Part shown: piece by piece, positions 46,297 through 55,780 of the stretch
Position numbering within the stretch: the first letter of the stretch is position 1
Layout: the number at the start of each line of letters is the position of its first letter
From: a phage
Sequence record: PZ445442.1
Reading direction: 5' to 3' (one strand)
DNA length: 64,000 nt
Position numbers and translations under genes: made by a program
The notes under the pieces: generated by a model
The model's input: only the letters and a program-made list of their open reading frames with translations
Told to the model about the DNA's origin: nothing
The model's database searches: none

Positions 46297-46339
46297 AACT
46301 GTTTTAGATATTTAAGGGTGGAATAACCACCCTTCTGTA

Positions 46340-47128
46340 TTACTCGGAAACAGGGGTCCAAATATGATTTGCACGATCCTCAATAAGATTGAGTGCGATC
46401 TGACGGCCCAACCCGGAACGAACGACATCGTCTGGACTATCAAAGCTGATCATTCCAACCTCAGGATCTGGATGACGAGTAAAGAAATCCGTCACCCACG
46501 CAAGGCCAGATTTACCAGGGATGTCACGTTGGCTATTATCACCCATAATTACAAGGGTGGCTTGATCAGAGATCCTTGTGATAATTGACAACATTTCTTC
46601 AGGGTTAGTTTGCTGTGCCTCGTCAATCAGGACAAAGCATCGCTCATCGAAACTACGACCACGAATGCTTTCAACCTCACAAATCTCGATACGACTGTTC
46701 TGACCGTCTCCCAGCATTGCGGCAAAAGCACCTTTGCCAACACGACGACAAATCGTGTCCATCATGCTTCGAAGATAGGGCCACAGTTTCTGCATTGCAT
46801 TTCCGGGTTTAAATCCTGAAGTCTTTCCTGTCTGGACGTAAGGACGTGCAACAATGATCTTATCAATCTCGTTCTTACGCAGAAGATCACCTGCATATGC
46901 AGATGCCATAAATGTCTTACCGGATCCAAACACACCGTTTACAATAATAATCTTACGTGACCCTAGATAATCAAGATACTTTTGCTGCTTCTTATTCATT
47001 GGTCGGAGAGCTGGAGCGGTGTGCTCTCTTTCGTCAGCAAATTTCTCAGCAGCCTTACGCAAGCGATCAGATTTGCGAGCCTCTCTAGCTTCATCACGCA
47101 TGCGTTTTGTTTCTTTAGCTCGACCCAT
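46340..47128 (-). CDS. phoH: PhoH-like ATPase
   Basis: Walker A GVFGSGKTF, Walker B FVLIDEAQ, and overall PhoH-like block order. Confidence 0.85.
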   Translation of the reverse strand: MGRAKETKRMRDEAREARKSDRLRKAAEKFADEREHTAPALRPMNKKQQKYLDYLGSRKIIIVNGVFGSGKTFMASAYAGDLLRKNEIDKIIVARPYVQTGKTSGFKPGNAMQKLWPYLRSMMDTICRRVGKGAFAAMLGDGQNSRIEICEVESIRGRSFDERCFVLIDEAQQTNPEEMLSIITRISDQATLVIMGDNSQRDIPGKSGLAWVTDFFTRHPDPEVGMISFDSPDDVVRSGLGRQIALNLIEDRANHIWTPVSE

Positions 47129-47166
47129 GTTGGGACTCCTTTCAGATTGAGATGTGCCAAGTACTT

Positions 47167-47517
47167 TTACTGCAACAGTTTTTCAATAGCCGCTTCCATG
47201 CTGCTTGCAACAGCCTGAACTCGGATATTCATCTCTTCTTGGTGGATCAGCTCCTTAAGCTCTTTAATGGTAAATTCTTTAGAGAAACCTTCCACCATAA
47301 TCTTGTGCAAGGCTTCTTGCGTGTCTACTTGCAAGAACTTTTCCAGTTTGTTGGCAGAGGCTTCTAAATCAGCCCGAATACGAGGGTCATCTGTGCGATT
47401 CAGCATTAGGCGTAAGCCATCAAGATTAGTAGAAATAGCATCTGCATGTTGAGTAACTAACCGTGGCAAAATGAGATCTACAAACTTATTAGCCAAATCG
47501 ATACGTTCTTGTGTCAC
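47167..47517 (-). CDS. hypothetical protein
   Basis: Track ORF; GTG start overlapping upstream stop. Confidence 0.5.
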   Translation of the reverse strand: MTQERIDLANKFVDLILPRLVTQHADAISTNLDGLRLMLNRTDDPRIRADLEASANKLEKFLQVDTQEALHKIMVEGFSKEFTIKELKELIHQEEMNIRVQAVASSMEAAIEKLLQ

Positions 47518-47627
47518 TGTTGCACCCCCTCTTCATCTCCATGATGTTTCTTTTCACGCTTGTGTTTTTTCTTAAGCTCAAGCGCAATCTCTTTCTTGTA
47601 CGCCTTCTTCAAGGCTTTTTTAGCCAT
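47514..47627 (-). CDS. small lysine-rich basic protein (37 aa)
   Basis: ATG after GGAGGTG SD; MAKKALKKAYKKEIALELKKKHKREKKHHGDEEGVQQ; below track cutoff. Confidence 0.4.
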   Translation of the reverse strand: MAKKALKKAYKKEIALELKKKHKREKKHHGDEEGVQQ

Positions 47628-47691
47628 TTGGCACCTCCTCTGCTTTCATTTTACGATAATTATACCTATCTAAACAAAGCTTTGTCAACAA

Positions 47692-48165
47692 CTAGTCTAC
47701 CTGAACCCAACCGCCTGATACTTTTTTAAACATTCTTTGGTTATCACTGCCTCGGAACGGTTTCTTGGTTGGTAAATCTTTTACATACTTACCGTCAATG
47801 ATGATATCAGCCAGTTTAAGAACATCACTAGAGATATGGTCAAATGTGAACCCAGTATATACAAGAATAGTTTTCTTGTCACCAAATTTTTCCTTAATTT
47901 TCTCCATCAGGCTAATAATATCTGGCTCATTATAGTATGCTAAGGGTTCTCCACCCAGCAGAGAGATACCGCACACAGACGGGTTATCTAAATCTGACAA
48001 GATTTTTTGCAAGTCTTCTTCAGTGAACTCCCTCCCCTTATCTTTTGACCAAAATGCCTGATTAAAGCAACCAGGGCAAGCGTGTGGGCACCCAGATACC
48101 CACAAGGCAGTTCTAATACCTGGCCCTTCGGTGTAAGATATTTCTGTGTATCCGACAATGTTCAT
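47692..48165 (-). CDS. nrdG: anaerobic ribonucleotide reductase activating protein (radical SAM)
   Basis: CxxxCxxC radical-SAM cluster (GCPHACPGC) in a roughly 157-aa protein immediately downstream of nrdD. Confidence 0.8.
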   Translation of the reverse strand: MNIVGYTEISYTEGPGIRTALWVSGCPHACPGCFNQAFWSKDKGREFTEEDLQKILSDLDNPSVCGISLLGGEPLAYYNEPDIISLMEKIKEKFGDKKTILVYTGFTFDHISSDVLKLADIIIDGKYVKDLPTKKPFRGSDNQRMFKKVSGGWVQVD

Positions 48166-48278
48166 AGATACTCCGCATCACATTTAGGGCAATGCCAAAT
48201 AAAATCGTCTAGTGCCTTGCACCAACGAAGATTGCAACTACAGCCGCACTTGCAAATTTTATAAATACCTGATGACAT
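48162..48278 (-). CDS. small zinc-ribbon protein (38 aa), translationally coupled to nrdG
   Basis: GGAGG SD; MSSGIYKICKCGCSCNLRWCKALDDFIWHCPKCDAEYL; stop overlaps nrdG ATG (ATGA). Confidence 0.45.
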   Translation of the reverse strand: MSSGIYKICKCGCSCNLRWCKALDDFIWHCPKCDAEYL

Positions 48279-48341
48279 ACTGCACCTCCTAGCTCACTGT
48301 GTGTCAATAATATGCCACATCCTTGTGGCTTTTGTCAAGAA

Positions 48342-49604
48342 TCAGCAACCACAACTTCCGTAGTGCTTAACTCGCTCGATAACTTCCGCTTGCTTACCTT
48401 TATTGTAAGGACGGGAGTTAGGACTGGAAAGATATCCAGACACTCTTCGGATCACTGAGATATATTGTTCATCGTGGCATCCGCACGCAGGGCAGCAGAA
48501 CCCTTTAGCTGTTGCACTGAACTCACCAGAGAAACCACACTTGAGACATTTATCCACAGGTTGGTTAATACCAAAATACATAATGTGTTTATACCCGAAG
48601 TCAACAAGAGCCTCTAAAGCATCCAGGTTGTTTTTCAGGTTAGGTGTCTCTACGTATCCGATGTTGCCACCAGAGGAGATCATAGCAAAACCTTCCTCAT
48701 ACTCCCACTTATCAAAAGGAGAGCTATTTATCCATACTGGCTGATGGAAACTGTTGGTGAGATATTCATGCTCGTGCTTCAACACTTCCGGATATTCACG
48801 ATCCAGACAGGTTGCAGCTTTATAGCATAGACTCTCAGAAGGAGTGCCGTACAAGCTAAATGCTAGTCTACTTTCCTTCTTGTATCGCTCACAAGCATCT
48901 CTCATGTGCTGAAGGATTCTAAGAGCTAAAGCCTTGTCACCCTCTCTACCCAAAATCTGACAGGTTTCATACACACCAATATACCCAATACTGATGGAAG
49001 CGTACCCGTCATAGAAGAGTTTATCAATACTCTCTTCAGGACCCAGGCGAGCAAGAGCGCCTTCACACCACATGATAGGGTTCTGCCCTGCCTTGGTGCC
49101 TTTCAGACGGTTAACCCTTACAAGGTGAGCTTCATATGCCAAATCCAGATACTCGTCAAGAACGGCAAAGAAATCAACACCTTCCGTCTTAGCTTTTGCC
49201 GCAATCATTGGTAGGTTAAGGCTAACAACACCCAAGTTGAATCTGCCGAGGTATTTCTCCTCACCTGTTTCCAAGTCATTGTATTTGCTAAGAAAACTCC
49301 GGCAACCCATGCTCGTTACTTTGCCATCTGTCGATCCTGTTACTTTACGATTTAGTGGAACAGAAACAAAGTCAGGATAAATCCGCTCTGCAGAGCATTC
49401 CAGAGCTAATCGTTTCAAATCATAGTTAGGATCTCCAGGGTTCATGTTGACACCCTCTTCTAGGAAGAACAACACTTTAGGGAACACAGGTGTGATACGT
49501 TCTTCACCAAGACCCATTTTGTGGACTTTCAAGTAGTTTTTGGTAATCATTCTACCAAAGACTGAGGTGTCCAGACCTAAACTTAATGTGATGAATGGAG
49601 TCTG
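48342..49604 (-). CDS. nrdD: anaerobic ribonucleoside-triphosphate reductase, exon 2
   Basis: Begins QTPFITLSLGLDTS... (E. coli NrdD: QTPFVTFGFGLGTS); contains GCRSFL and the C-terminal Cys cluster plus glycyl-radical-like RRVSGYL. Confidence 0.8.
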   Translation of the reverse strand, partial: QTPFITLSLGLDTSVFGRMITKNYLKVHKMGLGEERITPVFPKVLFFLEEGVNMNPGDPNYDLKRLALECSAERIYPDFVSVPLNRKVTGSTDGKVTSMGCRSFLSKYNDLETGEEKYLGRFNLGVVSLNLPMIAAKAKTEGVDFFAVLDEYLDLAYEAHLVRVNRLKGTKAGQNPIMWCEGALARLGPEESIDKLFYDGYASISIGYIGVYETCQILGREGDKALALRILQHMRDACERYKKESRLAFSLYGTPSESLCYKAATCLDREYPEVLKHEHEYLTNSFHQPVWINSSPFDKWEYEEGFAMISSGGNIGYVETPNLKNNLDALEALVDFGYKHIMYFGINQPVDKCLKCGFSGEFSATAKGFCCPACGCHDEQYISVIRRVSGYLSSPNSRPYNKGKQAEVIERVKHYGSCGC

Positions 49605-50401
49605 CTGTCTCCTCCCTGTGTTTCCACAGGGCCAGACTATCTCTTACTCTACTTCAATAAGATAATAACCCTTTATTGTGAGATGCTTACCTTCGGCATT
49701 TCCTTCGATAGCCCTATGAACGTTACCTACGTTCAAGTTTAAGGCTTTTGCACAGGCATAGAGTGAAGGATATTCACCCACCAAGGTTTTCCCTTTGTAT
49801 GCCTGCACTTTCCTATAGCACTTACCTGGACAAAGTCCTGTTCGGAAAGCATGTCTCTTATTATCTTCCGGCAAAACCCACTCTAGGTTAGACGGATGAT
49901 CATTCAATGTATTGCCATCTTTATGATTCACTTCCCAGTTTTCAGGGTCTTCTGGGACATCCGGCAAACAATACAAGGCAACAACCCTTGAGGTTTGGAT
50001 TCGAATCTTTTTACCTTTGTGGTTGAAAGAGTACATATAACGGCGTTTAACATGCTTGTTACCTTTTCCATAACCTCCCCACAATATTGGGTGTAGCATT
50101 CCACGTTTCCCGTATACGTTTCCAACCTCATCAATCACATAGTTTGATTCTTCACCATTAAGAATGATCTTTTTCATAGAGCCTCTCCATTTCGAAGTTA
50201 GTATTTCAACTAACCCCTACACTACTTGGTTCAGAAATGTTTGTCAAGCATCTCTGCCTTTCGTTAGTCGTTACAACCGTTCCAACTCCTGTAAGAACTA
50301 GTCACGGGATTGGCATAGCTTTCGCCTTAGCGTTCCCCGTTAGCCGGATTTACCGACCCCTCTTATGAGGTTAGGAGAGTTTTACAACGGCCAGTTTGTT
50401 A
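49605..50401 (-). mobile_element. group I self-splicing intron in nrdD (contains HNH ORF)
   Basis: Exon 1 ends ...AACGGU; intron GCCGUU pairs with it (P1, U-G at splice site, 10-nt loop as in the pol intron); P7 strands GACUA-ACGAAAGG and GAGAUAGUC; GAAA-tetraloop hairpin CCCTGTGGAAACACAGGG; intron ends in G; splicing gives ...SVNG|QTPF.... Confidence 0.7.
49644..50177 (-). CDS. intron-encoded HNH homing endonuclease
   Basis: WEVNHKDGNTLNDHPSNLEWV HNH signature; located between P7 5' strand and P7' 3' strand of the intron. Confidence 0.75.
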   Translation of the reverse strand: MKKIILNGEESNYVIDEVGNVYGKRGMLHPILWGGYGKGNKHVKRRYMYSFNHKGKKIRIQTSRVVALYCLPDVPEDPENWEVNHKDGNTLNDHPSNLEWVLPEDNKRHAFRTGLCPGKCYRKVQAYKGKTLVGEYPSLYACAKALNLNVGNVHRAIEGNAEGKHLTIKGYYLIEVE

Positions 50402-51262
50402 ACCGTTGACAGAGGTTAACGTATTGATTTGATAGAGCAAAGTCTGCATGCTGTCAAATACATCTTTATCTGTCATTTGCATTGCAACAGTTTCAGCATC
50501 CGGCAACCAATGTTCCTGGCAAAATTTAAGGTTCTTCTCATAGGTCGCTCCAGCATACTGTGCCAGATAATGATCAATATGGCTCATAGTCTGACCTCCA
50601 TATTGAGCACTAGCTACAGCACTAGAGATTTGGCTAAGGATTGTTGTTGCAACCCCTATTGACTTCGGCTTACTGACATGGGCGTTACCAATGTTGAATC
50701 CGTTTTCCAACATATCTGGATAATTTACCAAACAACAGTTTGTTAACGGACTGATCAAGTAGTCAAGATCATGCACATGGATGAAGCCTTTATTGTGCTC
50801 TTCTGAAACACGGTCTGGCAGGATCTGTGTTGATGCAAGGTGTTTGCTAAGGATGCCTGCAAGCAGGTCACGATGAGTGTGTACATGATTAGTAGGCTTA
50901 TTTGCGTTTTCTTTTGTAAATTCATCACAAGTTCGATCCAAGAAGCCACTAATATCTGCAAGCAGTTTTCCACCTGCCTCTCTGTTATTATCTCTTGTCT
51001 GTCTATACTGGATGTATTCTCTGGCTGCACATTTTAAACCCATATCCATAAGAGCATCTTCAACAAGGATATGGATATTTTTTACAGAGATCGTGCACTG
51101 GTCGGTTGGTAGATTGTTAGCCACAACTTCATTAACCGCGCAGGCGATCCGGTAAGCTTCTTCTTCAGTATGTCCAGACTCAAGTAAGGCGGACTCTGCC
51201 GCCTTGATCACCTTAATTCCGTTATAGAACTCTTCTCTACCGTCCCGTTTTACAACTTTCAC
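50402..51262 (-). CDS. nrdD: anaerobic ribonucleoside-triphosphate reductase, exon 1 (ATP-cone + N-terminal catalytic region)
   Basis: VVKRDGREEF ATP-cone start; NENANK...RDLLAGI, IHVHDLDY and GNAHVSKPKSIGVATT blocks match E. coli NrdD from memory. Confidence 0.8.
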
Positions 51263-51537
51263 TTTTTCTCTCCAAAACCATTCTTAACAAAAGAGATGAA
51301 ATCGTCGGCACCGCCTATATGGACACTGTCAAGATCGCTTTCTAAGAAGATCTGCGGCAACGTTCTGGGGACAATTGGACTGCACTTCTCAATAAGCTCT
51401 TCTTTTGTGTAGCCCTCGCCAAGTGTCTTATATACAAAAGGCAGACCTTTGCTGATTGCAAATTCTTTTGCTCTGACACAATGTGGGCAGTTATCCTTAC
51501 CGTAAATGATGATGAAAAAAGATTTTTCGCAGCTCAT
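51259..51537 (-). CDS. glutaredoxin
   Basis: CPHC active site and TLPQIFL....HIGGADD glutaredoxin fold signature. Confidence 0.75.
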   Translation of the reverse strand: MSCEKSFFIIIYGKDNCPHCVRAKEFAISKGLPFVYKTLGEGYTKEELIEKCSPIVPRTLPQIFLESDLDSVHIGGADDFISFVKNGFGEKK

Positions 51538-51540
51538 ATA

Positions 51541-52629
51541 TTAAAACTCCCAAATTTCTTCTTCAGCGTCGTTAACAGTTGTGTTGACGCGGTAGTCAGT
51601 GTTCGACATTTCTTGGTTCGCCGTCTGTTGTAATGAAGGTTTCATCCACACCTGCATAAACGGTAGCGGGTCCTTTGTTGGCGGCACAAAGTCTTTGTCG
51701 ATGTCGTAGTAATCATAAATCGGTGAGCAGTTATAGTCAACCCACTCTTTAAGCAACGGTGAGTTAAGACCTATAATCGCTCTTCCTTCGCTGAAAATAT
51801 AGTCACTCCAACCGTACTCTTTGGTTCGTACTTCATCAAGAATCTCTTTTAACTCCCCCTTTATCTCAAGGAAGCTTTTCTCCCATGCGGGATCATTAAG
51901 CAAGATATCAATGATGGCAAAATCACCTTTCGAATGTAGCATTTCGTCAAGCATGATTTTTTGAACAAGCTGCGCCACCTGAACAAAGATACCCTGTTCA
52001 GCTACTGCGAAAGTGCATGCAAAACTTGCAATAAACTCAATACTTTCCAGAGCTAAAAGTGCAAAAAGCGCTCTAAGAATGCATTTCCGCACAACATCTT
52101 CTTCAACACTAGAAGGATCCAGGCGGTATTTTGCACCAATAACCTCAAGCTCTTGCATGTATTTGACAATAACGCCGGATCTGCTCAGAACGTTTTGGTT
52201 TTCCTGAATCTCTTCTATAATCTCACGGGCATTGGGGAGGCATTGTCTAACAATCTCTGAGTAAGTTAGTGCGTGAAGAACTTCAATCTCTGACTGTTTC
52301 ATCAATAGAGTGAAAAGCTCACTATTAGTGATGAATGGTGAAAAGAGGCAGATGATCGATCTTGCCGCAACGCTATCAGCCTCCCATTGCCACATCAAGG
52401 TCTGCACCATCACGTCATAAGTTGACTTTGAGCATGTTACAAAATCTGAAATAGATTGCGACAAATCCACTTCATCCTCTGCCCAATCTTGCTCTTTTTG
52501 TTTTTTGTATAGTTCAAACAGTTGTGGATATTTTTTGTTGATAGAGTCGTACATACCCATTTGCTGTCCCAGAAACAGCGGATAGTCACCAGTTTTATGA
52601 GCGGTGTTCTCAGCATTAAATACAGCCAT
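51541..52629 (-). CDS. nrdB: ribonucleotide reductase class Ia beta subunit
   Basis: Track ORF 51541..52689 trimmed to ATG 52629 (GAGG SD); iron-ligand region ALESIEFIASFACTFAVAEQG resembles R2. Confidence 0.85.
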   Translation of the reverse strand: MAVFNAENTAHKTGDYPLFLGQQMGMYDSINKKYPQLFELYKKQKEQDWAEDEVDLSQSISDFVTCSKSTYDVMVQTLMWQWEADSVAARSIICLFSPFITNSELFTLLMKQSEIEVLHALTYSEIVRQCLPNAREIIEEIQENQNVLSRSGVIVKYMQELEVIGAKYRLDPSSVEEDVVRKCILRALFALLALESIEFIASFACTFAVAEQGIFVQVAQLVQKIMLDEMLHSKGDFAIIDILLNDPAWEKSFLEIKGELKEILDEVRTKEYGWSDYIFSEGRAIIGLNSPLLKEWVDYNCSPIYDYYDIDKDFVPPTKDPLPFMQVWMKPSLQQTANQEMSNTDYRVNTTVNDAEEEIWEF

Positions 52630-52646
52630 TATTCTACCTCTAAAAT

Positions 52647-52660
52647 GGGGCCGAAGCCCC
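52647..52660 (-). promoter_or_regulatory. stem-loop in 38-nt nrdA-nrdB intergenic spacer
   Basis: GGGGC-CGAA-GCCCC hairpin between nrdA stop and nrdB SD. Confidence 0.4.
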
Positions 52661-52667
52661 TTTAAAA

Positions 52668-54983
52668 TTATAGTGCACAGCTTTCGCAATACGGATCTTC
52701 AACTGAACTATCTGCAATCAAAGGATAGTTCTTTCTGGTTTCATCTTCAGCCTGTTTCTTGGCATGAAGTTCCTCTGCCAAGGAGTCACCAGCACCAACC
52801 CTAGAGTTTAAATAATACCATGTCTTCATCCCGAATTTAGTGGCACGGATAAGGTACCCTAACTGCTCCTTCATTGAAATTTTACCATCTTTCAACTTGG
52901 TGTAGTCTATGTATAAATCCGCGCTGATTGCCTGACCTGTGAATTTTTGAATCACGGCATACATATCGATCATGTCGTTAGTATCAACGTCCCAAGCCGA
53001 GGTGTAATACTCTTTCAACTCATCATAGTCAGGAACGATAAACAGCACCTGCCCTTGTGGCGACTTTTTAAAGATAATGTGCTCACGGACAGGATAAACC
53101 CCGTTAGTGGTGTTTGTTGCCAGCGAAGAGCTTTCATTAGGCATATATGCTTCAAGAACGCTATTACGTAGCCCACCATTCTCAATGATTTCTTTACGTA
53201 ACCCTTCCCAATCCTGTTTAAGAGAAGGATCTTTCACCACGCTATCGACCTCTTTGTTATAGGTGTCGATTGGTAACCAACCTTCTGGATATTTTGTTTT
53301 ATGCATCCACTCGCAGACACCACGCTCTTTTGCCAACCGTAAACTTGCCTTATGCAAGCTGTAGCTGTGAAGTTCTGCAAGATCGTGAACGAGCTGTTTA
53401 CTTTCAGGAGACCCGTAAGTAACCTTGTGGCTGGCAATAAAATGTGCAACATTGGTAAGGCCAACCCCGATGGATCTGCGTTTTTTAACTGTGCTTTCCA
53501 TATTTTCATACGGATATGTCATGATTTCCATAACATTGTCAATCATAAGCACCGTATAGTATGCAACATCCTCATACTCCTCTGGAGTAACCCTCCCAGC
53601 TACAAGAGATGACAGGAAGCACAATGCAACCTCTCCATCATCAGCATCGTACTTGAAGATATTACGCATATCTGAATAGCCTTTTGTCGGGAGGGCTATT
53701 TCTGCACACAGGTTGCTTGAATAGATCACATCTTTAAAAGGTGTATGTCTATTCATCTCATCTGTCCAGTATACGTACAGCCTTCCCACCTCAGTGCGCT
53801 GCGTGATCAGTTCAACAGCAAGATCTCTGGCTCGGATCCATGTTTTAGGAATACTGTCATCTTTAGCAATACGATCAACCTCTGCATCAAACTCCTCCAT
53901 AGACATGGTGAAGATACCCTCATGCAGTTGAGGCGCGTGCTTATAAGAAACAAGCATCCAATCTAAATTCTTAGCCACACGGTTGATAAACGACCTATTA
54001 ATACCGATGGAGTAGTCCATGGTGTTGATTCTTTTTGAAGCAACAGTCATAGGGTTTCTCAAACGGATTAGCTCATCAATCTGCGGGTCCAGTGCAAGGA
54101 ATGATACTGTTGCAGAACCACCACGTGATTGTTGTCTGTTCTCCTTAACCCCAGCATCAATACCTCGATAATATGGAATCTTACCCATATGTTTAATAGT
54201 GTTACCACGAACACCATCGCCTGCAGATCTTGAGGATAAGTAGTAGCCGATACCTGCTTGATTAACCGTCATTGTGTACGCAACTTCACGTGCCACACCA
54301 ATAGATTTTGCTGTATCGTCAGCTTTTATTACACAACAAGATGCATATCCTGTCTTACCTGTGCGCAGCCCGTTTAAGTACGGTGTCGGGGCATTGATCT
54401 TTAAGTCGGACAGATAAGTGTATAATTTTACAACATCGTTGATACGACGTTCTTTCGGCATATTCTTCATGACAGCCATTGCTATCCCCATAAACATCAT
54501 CTGGGGAGATTCAAACAAGGTGTCTTTAAGAGTATCCTTGATCCCATATTTGTCGCGAAACTGTTTAAGGACTGCATAGCCATAACCGAGATCTTTACTG
54601 TGGTCAATAACAGCGTCTAAAGTGTTTAGCTCGGTAAAGCTATAACCCATATCCTCCCAATAACCTTTCTCAACCATGTCATTGTAAAATGATGGTAAGG
54701 AAGGGATCTTTGTAAACCCTCCAAAAGCCTCTTTATAGATCTGACCAATAAGAACACGACCAGCCATACAGGAATGTGCTTCGTCTTTACGGCTAACACA
54801 AGAGTCTATAATAGCTTGGTTAACTTCTTTGGTTGTACATCCATCATACAACCGCTTGTAGGCATCCAGTGCAATATGTGACCAATTGCCGTTACCATCG
54901 TCACCGAAAATAGCTGCCTTATTTAAACGTTCTGGATCGAATGCCACTTCACATCCGTTGCTTTTAATTACCTTGGTGATCAA
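52668..54983 (-). CDS. nrdA: ribonucleotide reductase class Ia alpha subunit
   Basis: N-terminal ATP-cone (VIKSNGCEVAFD), active-site SNLCAEI block, PNESSSLATNTTNG, C-terminal Cys pair. Confidence 0.9.
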   Translation of the reverse strand: MITKVIKSNGCEVAFDPERLNKAAIFGDDGNGNWSHIALDAYKRLYDGCTTKEVNQAIIDSCVSRKDEAHSCMAGRVLIGQIYKEAFGGFTKIPSLPSFYNDMVEKGYWEDMGYSFTELNTLDAVIDHSKDLGYGYAVLKQFRDKYGIKDTLKDTLFESPQMMFMGIAMAVMKNMPKERRINDVVKLYTYLSDLKINAPTPYLNGLRTGKTGYASCCVIKADDTAKSIGVAREVAYTMTVNQAGIGYYLSSRSAGDGVRGNTIKHMGKIPYYRGIDAGVKENRQQSRGGSATVSFLALDPQIDELIRLRNPMTVASKRINTMDYSIGINRSFINRVAKNLDWMLVSYKHAPQLHEGIFTMSMEEFDAEVDRIAKDDSIPKTWIRARDLAVELITQRTEVGRLYVYWTDEMNRHTPFKDVIYSSNLCAEIALPTKGYSDMRNIFKYDADDGEVALCFLSSLVAGRVTPEEYEDVAYYTVLMIDNVMEIMTYPYENMESTVKKRRSIGVGLTNVAHFIASHKVTYGSPESKQLVHDLAELHSYSLHKASLRLAKERGVCEWMHKTKYPEGWLPIDTYNKEVDSVVKDPSLKQDWEGLRKEIIENGGLRNSVLEAYMPNESSSLATNTTNGVYPVREHIIFKKSPQGQVLFIVPDYDELKEYYTSAWDVDTNDMIDMYAVIQKFTGQAISADLYIDYTKLKDGKISMKEQLGYLIRATKFGMKTWYYLNSRVGAGDSLAEELHAKKQAEDETRKNYPLIADSSVEDPYCESCAL

Positions 54984-55288
54984 TTTGCTTCCTCCACTTC
55001 ACTAACGTATTTATCAAGGCAGGTATCAGTATCTTGCTGGATAAAAGTATCCTCTTCTACAGAGATATTTATAATTTTACCTGTATACTCGTCATAATAG
55101 ACATCATCATACATTTTAATATCGTTTGTCAGGCCATTGAACCAAAGCCAACCAACATACTCTGCCCGACTTGCAAAACCAAGATCCTTCCACTTGGAGT
55201 TATGACTCATCTTCACCACCTTAGCTTTCAATACCGAATAATTTTTCCAGGCGATGCAGATCTTCAAAATTGAAAGGTTCATCAACAA
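54980..55288 (-). CDS. hypothetical protein
   Basis: Track ORF. Confidence 0.5.
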   Translation of the reverse strand: MLMNLSILKICIAWKNYSVLKAKVVKMSHNSKWKDLGFASRAEYVGWLWFNGLTNDIKMYDDVYYDEYTGKIINISVEEDTFIQQDTDTCLDKYVSEVEEAN

Positions 55289-55721
55289 TATGAATATCTT
55301 CAGCCTTTTCAGATTGTTTTGTATACTTTCTTACATTAACACGATCCTCTACAGGGATATCATACGGGAGATCTTGAACAAGCATTGCCTCACCAGGTGC
55401 TTTATCTACATCTAAAATATCTACACCGTTATACATTTGTGGGTATCTAAAGTCTGCACGCATGACACCAGCAAATACATCTGCCTTTCGATAATGTGTT
55501 GGCTTATTTTTGCATCGAACGTTTTTTCCACGAAGAACATCAATACTTTTTAAATCAAACCCTACGGCAAAGAGTGCAGCTCGGAGACCGTTTCGTGTGC
55601 GAACGTTAAACCCGGGGACGGTAGATAGAAAATCTAAAGTAACTGAAATAAATGTCTTTTTAGGAATCATAACATTACTCATATCTGTCTCCATTTCTGG
55701 CTCACCAACAAAGTGAGCCAT
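55221..55721 (-). CDS. hypothetical protein
   Basis: Track ORF; start uncertain. Confidence 0.45.
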   Translation of the reverse strand: MAHFVGEPEMETDMSNVMIPKKTFISVTLDFLSTVPGFNVRTRNGLRAALFAVGFDLKSIDVLRGKNVRCKNKPTHYRKADVFAGVMRADFRYPQMYNGVDILDVDKAPGEAMLVQDLPYDIPVEDRVNVRKYTKQSEKAEDIHIVDEPFNFEDLHRLEKLFGIES

Positions 55722-55780
55722 TATTATAGATTATCTAATACTATTAGTCAACACAAAAGTTACCTATCGCTGTGATAGGA

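Noticed and set aside
47692-48165. Radical-SAM gene as QueE (7-deazaguanine pathway) rather than NrdG
   Set aside because: About 157 aa with Cx3Cx2C near the N-terminus and positioned directly after nrdD fits NrdG; no QueC/QueD/FolE/DpdA-like genes seen nearby.
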